From positions 1 to 56,811 of the forward strand of contig JAQGDQ010001186.1 of the NCBI GenBank assembly GCA_030141605.1: 56,811 nucleotides of DNA, given 5' to 3'. Below, piece after piece: positions 50,201 through 56,811 of this stretch. Position numbers and translations under genes: made by a program. Numbering within the stretch: position 1 is the stretch's first letter; every line of letters begins with the position of its first letter. The notes beneath the pieces were generated by a model. That model was not told the DNA's origin. It was given only the letters and a program-made list of their open reading frames with translations, and ran no database searches. Origin of the DNA: Tubiluchus corallicola. Taxonomy: Eukaryota; Animalia; Priapulida.

Positions 50201-53200
50201 CATTCCCCACTTAGTAAAACCACGGACGGTAAAATCCAGTCGCATTTTAGAATCATTTCGGCTCTGTTCAGAATTGACTCCACTACAAACTATTGTTAAG
50301 GTATTGCGACAAAGGCAATACCACAGTGAAAATATAAAATCTCTTTTTCAAGCCAATTTTATTACAGGCACGTAGAAACATTTTAAAATTGAACTTATAA
50401 TCTGAAGAAAAGAAATTGATACTTTTGATTTCAGGGTATATAGATAACTGGAGCTTATTAATAAAAGAAACTTTGTCTATATACCATAATAAGCCTTCTC
50501 TTAATGTGCAAAGCAGTTCAATTCTATTAACTTTATTTTCAAACACTTAGCTATTTGTTACTGTATCAATTTCTTTTCTACTGGTCTGCTTAATCATTAC
50601 CTATTTGGCTTCTGTTAAATACATAATTAGTGCATAATTTGCTGTATCAATTTCTTTTCTACTGGTCTGCTTAATCATTACCTATTTGGTTTCTGTTAAA
50701 TACATAATTAGTGCATAATTTACTGTATCAATTTCTTTTCTACTGGTCTGCTTAATCATTACCTATTTGGTTTCTGTTAAATACATAATTAGTGCATAAT
50801 TTACTGTATCAATTTCTTTTCTTCAGGTCTGTTTATTCATTACCTATTTGGTTTCTGTTAAATACATAATTAGTGCATAATTTGCTGTATCAATTTCTTT
50901 TCTACTGGTCTGCTTAATCATTACCTATTTGGTTTCTGTTAAATACATAATTAGTGCATAATTTACTGTATCAATTTCTTTTCTACTGGTCTGCTTAATC
51001 ATTACCTATTTGGCTTCTGTTAAATACTTAATTAGTGCATAATTTACTGTATCAATTTCTTTTCTACTGGTCTGCTTAATCATTACCTATTTGCCTTCTG
51101 TTAAATACATAATTAGTGCATAATTTACTGTATCAATTTCTTTTCTACTGGTCTGCTTAATCATTACCTATTTGCCTTCTGTTAAATACATAATTAGTGC
51201 ATAATTTACTGTATCAATTTCTTTTCTACTGGTCTGCTTAATCATTACCTATTTGGCTTCTGTTAAATACTTAATTAGTGCATAATTTACTGTATCAATT
51301 TCTTTTCTACTGGTCTGCTTAATCATTACCTATTTGCCTTCTGTTAAATACATAATTAGTGCATAATTTACTGTATCAATTTCTTTTCTACTGGTCTGCT
51401 TAATCATTACCTATTTGGCTTCTGTTAAATACATAATTAGTGCATAATTTACTGTATCAATTTCTTTTCTACTGGTCTGCTTATTCATTACCTATTTGGC
51501 TTCTGTTAAATACATAATTAGTGCATAATTTACTGTATCAATTTCTTTTCTACTGGTCTGCTTAATCATTACCAATTTGGCTTCTGTTAAATACATAATT
51601 AGTGCATAATTTACTGTATCAATTTCTTTTCTACTGGTCTGCTTAATCATTACCTATTTGGTTTCTGTTAAATACATAATTAGTGCATAATTTACTGTAT
51701 CAATTTCTTTTCTACTGGTCTGCTTAATCATTACCTATTTGGCTTCTGTTAAATACATAATTAGTGCATAATTTACTGTATCAATTTCTTTTCTACAGGT
51801 CTGCTTAATCATTACCTATTTGGCTTCTGTTAAATACATAATTAGTGCATAATTTACTGTATCAATTTCTTTTCTACTGGTCTGCTTAATCATTACCTAT
51901 TTGGCTTCTGTTAAATACATAATTAGTGCATAATTTACTGTATCAATTTCTTTTCTACTGGTCTGCTTAATCATTACCTATTTGGCTTCTGTTAAATACA
52001 TAATTAGTGCATAATTTACTGTATCAATTTCTTTTCTTCAGGTCTGCTTAATCATTACCTATTTGGCTTCTGTTAAATACATAATTAGTGCGTAATTTAC
52101 TGTATCAATTTCTTTTCTACTGGTCTGCTTATTCATTACCTATTTGGCTTCTGTTAAATACATAATTAGTGCATAATTTGCTGTATCAATTTCTTTTCTA
52201 CTGGTCTGCTTAATCATTACCTATTTGGCTTCTGTTAAATACTTAATAACTTGCTATAAGCTTTTAAATTTACCACTGATGATGACAGCAGCAGCCAGTC
52301 AAAACGTTTGGCATGATTTTAACATTTAACTTTTTCATGTAAAAGCTTTAATTAAGTTATGCTCTTTTAAACTATAAATCTATTTTTGATAGTTTGCCTA
52401 TTTTTTATGATACTAAATCGAGTTTCGTCATAACCTCTCTGTACGTAGAGTTACTAGAGAAAATTTAGTCTGTTGAATGAACATGAATCACTATTGTATG
52501 CTTATATGTGAGTGAGCAGACTGTACTGTGTTTAATTGTGACGTAATGTCAGTTGTTTTCTCAGACTTTACTTAATTATGCATTAGTCTGTGCGGGATCT
52601 TGCTTGGGAACAATAAAAAATGAACTAGGTTAGGTTCTATAGATAGCATTAGTCGCGTTTCTTAGTTACTATTACAATAACATGGGCATTGAAGCGTTGT
52701 CAAGCGTACACAAATGTGTTGTCTCGTACACTCGACCTTTGACATTTTCACGATCATCATCAATCGCTGGAACTGTGAAGGGGCTTATTTGTAGCTACTG
52801 TTCAATGAAATTTAACATTTGCCGCAATTCATCAAATTTTTATCCTCGAGGTCAGCAGGTCATAGGTCAAGGTCATGTAAAATCTTGATTGTATTTGATT
52901 GTTTGTAGGTGTTCAAGTTTGCACATGTGTTTTGGAGTCAGATAATGAAAATGAAGAAATGATACTATTTCACTTTTGCAGAATCTGTCGTCAGCGTGTT
53001 CAAAGCCGGCTCGATGGAACCGGGCGCCATCTTGCTCGGCGCATTCGACGAATTTCGCAAACAAAGCCACAAGGCGGACGAGTACGTGCGCATGATCAAG
53101 GATCAGCTGGAGGAAGGGGTGAACCAATGCATCGAAGCCGCGGGTCACATGTTCGACACGACCACCAGCAAAGAACATCAGAAAAAATTAATGCGGGTGA

Positions 53201-53209
53201 GAAGTGCTG

Positions 53210-53269
<60 letters not shown>

Positions 53270-53318
53270 GTTATTATTATTATTATTATTGGTATTATTA
53301 TTATTATTGTTGTTGTTA

Positions 53319-53365
<47 letters not shown>

Positions 53366-53423
53366 ATTATTGTTATTATTATTATTATTATTATTGTTAT
53401 TATTATTAATAATATTATTGTTA

Positions 53424-53470
<47 letters not shown>

Positions 53471-54344
53471 GCTTTTTCGTTAACTTCTCTATGACTACAT
53501 CGCTATAAGCGTCACGGCAACGAATTTGCAACCACTGTTTGCACTACTGTGGTTCACAATTGTGTGCGTTGTGGGAGATGAGAAAAATAAAGAAAAAAAA
53601 TAAAGATTCAGTTAATTTGTGCTAACATGCTTCCTTTTACTTGGTGCATGTAAAACTGCTTAAATCGCTTAAGTGGCTCAACTCAGAGTTTCCTTTCCGA
53701 TGTCAAGTCCTAAAAAATACCTTGCTAGGGATTTGAACTTGCAAATGCCGATTTACTATATGTTGCTGTTACATTTAAGTTGCTTCTCTATTATTGGCTA
53801 CTCGGAGTTTTGTTAAAAGACAAAAGTGGTTTCTTTCTGATTCTAGGCAGCCAGTTTTGGCAAGTGCTTCGCGGCAGAGATGAACTCGGAAGGCTTCGTC
53901 AGCATGTGTCAGACGCTGCGAGTGTTGAACGCCGTGCGCGAAGAACCAATCGGAATGCCTCTAACATATCTGCAGTATCCTTACTTAAACGTGTGTCAGA
54001 TTGTAGTTTCTGCAGTTGGGCTTGTATGTAATGTAATAATTGTCTACTGCCACCTAGCAGATGTAAAGAAAATTAATTTTACAGTGACGTGTGGCTAAGT
54101 TGCAGAGACCAGCTGATGATGATGTTGATGATGGTGATGGTGATGATGATGATGTGATGGTGATGGTGATGATGATGATGATGGTGATCGTGTGATGGTG
54201 GTGGTGGTGGTGATGGTGATGGTGAAGATGATGATGATGATAATGATGATGATGGTGATGATGTGATGGTGGTGATGGTGATGGTGATGATGTGATGGTG
54301 GTGGTGGTGGTGGTGGTGATGTGATGATGATGGTGATGTGTTGG

Positions 54345-54414
<70 letters not shown>

Positions 54415-55002
54415 AATGATGATGATGGTGATGATGTGATGGTGGTGGTGGTGGTGGTGGTGGTGGTGTGGTGTGGTGTGGGTGGTGATGGTGATGTGAT
54501 GGTGCTGATGATGGTGATGATGTGATGGTGGTGGTGGTGGTGGTGGTGGTGATGTGATGGTGATGGTGATGATGGTGATGATGATGATGGAGATGACGAT
54601 GATGATGGTGGTGATGGTGATGTGATGGTGATGATGATAATGATGACGATGATGATGGCGATGACGACGACGACGACGATGATGATGATGATGATAAAAC
54701 TTTGCATTTGCAATACATCAGTATTAAAAATGAAACCCATCAAAAGAAATGAATGGCATATGTAAATACATACACTCACACAATTAAACAAAAAATAAAA
54801 GCAATTATACAAAATTATATACAAACAAACAAACAAATTCTTAACCACCGCATCCAGATTGGAACAGCTGACACTTCGCGTGCTCATCGACCGACTCGTC
54901 TTACGCCGGCAGTATCCGCTCGCTATACGAATCTGCGAGTATCTGAAGATACCTGACACAGAGGGCGCTAGTCGAATACTGGCACACTGGGCCTGCTACA
55001 AG
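33374..55002 (+). CDS. VPS16: Vacuolar protein sorting 16 (HOPS/CORVET core), 3'-partial, first 12 coding exons
   Basis: Exons 33374-33429, 34484-34572, 37351-37451, 38988-39116, 42565-42709, 45787-45905, 46689-46808, 47903-48033, 48824-48918, 52982-53196, 53847-53974 and 54858-55002 join in frame. Motifs include [89 protein letters not shown] and ILAHWACYK. The gene continues beyond the window. Confidence 0.96.
33735..34468. mobile_element. Foldback/MITE in VPS16 coding intron 1
   Basis: Inverted arms CCGAGTAACCCACTAGCCGAAGTAGGACA/TGTCATACTTCGGCTAGTGGGTTACTTGG and GTCGTACATGGGCAGCCCAAGTAGG/CCTACTTGGGCAGCCCATGTACGAC. Confidence 0.8.
36863..37292. mobile_element. hAT-like MITE
   Basis: Imperfect TIR CAGGGGCAGATACAGG/CCTAGATCCGCCACTG. 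Confidence 0.65.
37497..38570. mobile_element. Long-arm foldback element (single arm also at about 19260-19500)
   Basis: About 37510-37930 is an imperfect reverse complement of about 38165-38560 (for example TTTCCATGCAAA/TTTGCATGGAAA, TTACGTAACTAGA/TCTAGTTACGTAA, GCCATTAAAATGGCTGC/GCAGCCATTTTAATGGC). Confidence 0.75.
39952..41437 (+). mobile_element. Kolobok-like family C copy interrupted by a nested element (40078-41346)
   Basis: 39952-40077 and 41347-41437 are contiguous in the copy at 7520-8033. The insertion is flanked by duplicated TTAATTAA. Confidence 0.75.
40128..41135. repeat. 29-bp minisatellite, about 34 copies
   Basis: Unit GTCCTGCA(C/A)TGAACACTGAGA(G/A)TGAGAG(T/A). Confidence 0.97.
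41962..42454 (-). mobile_element. hAT-like MITE family A, full copy
   Basis: TIRs CAGAGGTGTGCAAAT/ATTTGCACACCCCTG and 8-bp TSD ATGTGAAG/ATGTAAAG. Confidence 0.85.
43330..43680 (-). mobile_element. Decayed Penelope-like element 3' end with a minimal hammerhead motif
   Basis: The minus strand gives frameshifted LLIKE...[13 protein letters not shown] (GIY-YIG C-terminal-like), followed by a hammerhead-like fold at 43341-43380. Confidence 0.55.
43341..43380 (-). ncRNA. Minimal type I hammerhead ribozyme-like motif (C3U variant)
   Basis: Minus strand reads ACAA-TTGACGA-T-GTGG-GTAGTACG-CCAC-GAAA-C-GTT-TTGT: stem I ACAA/TTGT, stem II GTGG/CCAC and palindromic AACGTT stem III. Confidence 0.55.
43791..45822 (+). 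repeat. 60-bp minisatellite, 34 copies, consisting of the VPS16 exon-6 3' splice site plus exon start
   Basis: Unit TTGTTTACAG|GGCTTAATTCTCCACCCAGTAGCTGGNCCGTGTTTATTGTTTACTATTTA, with four 59-bp units. The last copy (AG ending at 45786) continues into the unique part of the exon. Confidence 0.97.
45996..46523 (-). mobile_element. 5S rRNA-derived SINE (SINE3-type), long copy with RTE-like internal domain
   Basis: 5S head at 46404-46523, same body and tail as 16508-16677, plus an extra segment of about 240 bp (46099-46341). Confidence 0.88.
46995..47225. repeat. (AAT)/(GAT)n compound microsatellite
   Basis: Direct reading of the sequence. Confidence 0.95.
47337..47838 (+). mobile_element. MITE family D, second copy
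   Basis: Colinear with 17434-17941. Flanks GATATG/GATATA. Confidence 0.85.
48034..48823 (+). other. U12-type (minor spliceosome) GT-AG intron of VPS16, degenerate signals
   Basis: Donor CA|GTATCTTTT and branch-like TTTCTTATC at 48805-48813, about 10 nt before the AG. The junction restores DFIH-YSYDVP. Confidence 0.65.
48053..48162. repeat. 54-bp direct duplication
   Basis: CATTTGTATTAGCGCTGCTGTGATTGCAA(A/G)CTTACAATGGCAAAAGTAATTAGT occurs twice. Confidence 0.9.
49069..49644 (+). mobile_element. Kolobok-like MITE family C
   Basis: TTAA-AGGAAGACAGGATGATTTTTCATA...GGTCTGGTTTTGCT-TTA, colinear with 7520-8033. Confidence 0.75.
49674..50157 (+). mobile_element. hAT-like MITE family A, full copy
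   Basis: TIRs CAGGGGTGTGCAAAT/ATTTGCACACCCCTG and imperfect 8-bp TSD CTTTAGTC/GTTTAATC. Confidence 0.85.
50558..52247. repeat. 81-bp minisatellite, about 21 copies
   Basis: Unit TACTGTATCAATTTCTTTTCTACTGGTCTGCTTAATCATTACCTATTTGGCTTCTGTTAAATACATAATTAGTGCATAATT. Confidence 0.97.
52273..52311 (+). ncRNA. Minimal hammerhead ribozyme remnant (probably inactive, G12A)
   Basis: CCA-CTGATGA-T-GAC-loop-GTC-AAAA-C-GTT-TGG. The core GAAA reads AAAA. Confidence 0.5.
53210..53469. repeat. (TAT)n microsatellite
   Basis: Direct reading. Starts 13 nt after the donor at 53197. Confidence 0.97.
53975..54857 (+). other. U12-type (minor spliceosome) GT-AG intron of VPS16
   Basis: Donor CA|GTATCCTTA, branch point TTCTTAAC at 54838-54845 and no polypyrimidine tract (A/C-rich 3' end). 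The junction restores LTYLQ-LEQLT. Confidence 0.9.
54113..54695. repeat. (GAT)/(GGT)n compound microsatellite inside the U12 intron
   Basis: Direct reading of the sequence. Confidence 0.97.
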
Positions 55003-56504
55003 GTACGTCTTGTTGTTGTTGTTTTTTTTATAAATGATTTTTATCGAGTGAGAAATTAACGTCTTTCGCATTTTCGTCTTTGTACTAGGATGAGCACTGG
55101 ATGTTTGAATTCGATTCAACGAGTTTTTTTAATTCGAATTCAATTCAAACCTAAAATTAAGGATTCGAATAAGTCACCACTTCACCTATGTACGTTTTTT
55201 GTCATTAAACTCTGATCAGCTCAATTTAGTTGTGATTTCTTTGCACAATTTTCAAAGATATATTAGCATTTTTACTGCAGAATAAAATCAAATATGCAAG
55301 ATCCTTGCGGGACTACTTTTTGTTATAGATTCGGAAACATTTAAAATCGAATTCAAATTTGATTTAGATTCGGAAATCTTTAAAATTGAATTCAAATTCG
55401 ATTCAGATTCGAAATCTTCAAATTTGGTTTGAGTTCGAGTTCGAAAGTCAAAAAATTCTAATCAATTTGAGTCATTGTGTCGGTATGTGAGTGAACTGAC
55501 TGCCCCTTGTCTGCGTTAGCCCGTAAGCAAAACGGGGTTCCCATGGTCAGGCGAAATCCTTGAGAATACAGGTTATCCTGGAAAGTCATAGAAAAGTCGG
55601 GGAAAAGGATAATTTGGTAAAAATTCAGGGAAAATGGTGAAAATGGGGCAAAAAGTCGGGGAAATTGGAAAGGGTTGCAAAAATGATCACCGTGGACCGA
55701 TATTTTTCCAAACATATTTCTCAGTGATTCGTATTCCAATGAAATTTTGCTATGACAGGTTCCCAGTTTCAATTTGTGTTCCAAAAATAATGATTGGATT
55801 AAGAAAGTTTATTTAATGTGATTGGTGTAATTGCGTTAGCACTACTGCAACTGTGCCAACACATTATATATCAGCATACATATGAATGTCCATACACAAA
55901 ATTGTTGAATATGTTTACTGGTAATGCAATTTCTGCTTGTCTTGGTCATGGAAAATCAATATTTGGTCAGGATAAAGTCAGAAAGAGAAGTTGTATGACC
56001 CGATGCTTCAGTTGTGGCTTAAAATGAACTGCTTGTTAATAATCTTATCTGAGTTTTTCGTGTGATAACAATTTGTGTGCTTGCAAAACAAAACCGTCCA
56101 TAAGTCGGGTTAGTTAAAAGTACGTTATGATGCTTCAAAGTAGAATGCACAAAAAATTTGGTCAAATGTCAATTTTTTGTTTTTTTATAAAAACCAATGC
56201 TAAATTTATTGGAATTTATATTCTAGTACCAAATTGTCATGAAAATGTTCAATAAATACTAAAAATCTAATTTTATAACTCCTTGCTCACTTTTCTGTCT
56301 AGAAACTAGTACTGCAATCGTAAAAAACTTTATAACTCCAATTGCAGCTCCTGGAAGCTGTCATTTTGCCTCGGGGGGGGGGGGGATTCCTGTTGCCAAG
56401 GCCATATCTTCATCAGGAAGAGCCATCTACTGGATTTAAACATAATATAATGTGTTCTTGCAAAGTCCATAGCAACCAATATTTGTGCGGTTGCTAAGTG
56501 TTTT

Positions 56505-56705
56505 GTAGAAATGAGACAAAAAACAATGGCTGACTTTAACAGCGATTTTTTCAAGATTATGTTTTTCAGTGTGCAGCCTGCACCTCAACTTCAATGTGGA
56601 TTATTTCAGCTTAGAAATAACATAGAGTAATGAATTTGGTATCAAAATGATCTTCATGAAATGGAGATTAAGGATATGTGATAATTAGAAAAGCTTAGTT
56701 GCCGA
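56505..56705. repeat. Dispersed repeat, inverted copy of 8195-8390
   Basis: Reverse-complement match. Confidence 0.8.
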
Positions 56706-56811
56706 CTGATGAACGATTTTGTTATGCAAGCACACAATTTATGTCCCGTAAGCTCACGATTATCGCTTGCCACATATCAATGAGCAATACGTAACTGAAC
56801 GAAGTAATGAA

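Larger units (their letters stand above)
50220..52400 (+). mobile_element. Decayed Penelope-like element 3' end carrying an internal satellite expansion
   Basis: 50443-50550 translates [35 protein letters not shown] (GIY-YIG endonuclease C-terminal signature LLIKE...KPSLN). A hammerhead-like motif follows the 81-bp array at 52273-52311. Outer limits are approximate. Confidence 0.65.

Noticed and set aside
53204-54959. Poly-Y/I/L and poly-H/S/T ORFs (also poly-D/M at 46992-47292)
   Set aside because: Trinucleotide microsatellite translations inside introns.

Overview
AT-rich, intron-rich animal genomic DNA, probably an invertebrate (taxon not assignable from the sequence). Four conserved genes can be rebuilt exon by exon from splice sites and reading frame. 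These are the last 8 coding exons of mitochondrial helicase Twinkle (+, 377-16185), complete LAMTOR2 (-, 18295-22965, 4 coding exons, 127 aa), DEPDC5 with a fully intronless 1608-aa CDS (+, 24771-29597), and the first 12 coding exons of VPS16 (+, 33374-55002, continuing past the window, with two U12-type introns). The introns hold many non-autonomous DNA transposons (hAT-, pogo/Tc1- and Kolobok-like, foldbacks), two 5S rRNA-derived SINEs, Penelope-like remnants with hammerhead-like motifs, and six young minisatellite arrays (units of 37, 37, 50, 29, 60 and 81 bp). The most unusual points are: (i) two arrays are amplified live splice sites (22 copies of a Twinkle donor, 34 copies of a VPS16 acceptor plus exon start); (ii) intronless DEPDC5 (GATOR1) lies head-to-head with LAMTOR2 (Ragulator) and next to VPS16 (HOPS/CORVET); (iii) two satellites visibly arose inside transposon copies. 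No database searches were run, so family assignments rest on recalled motifs.
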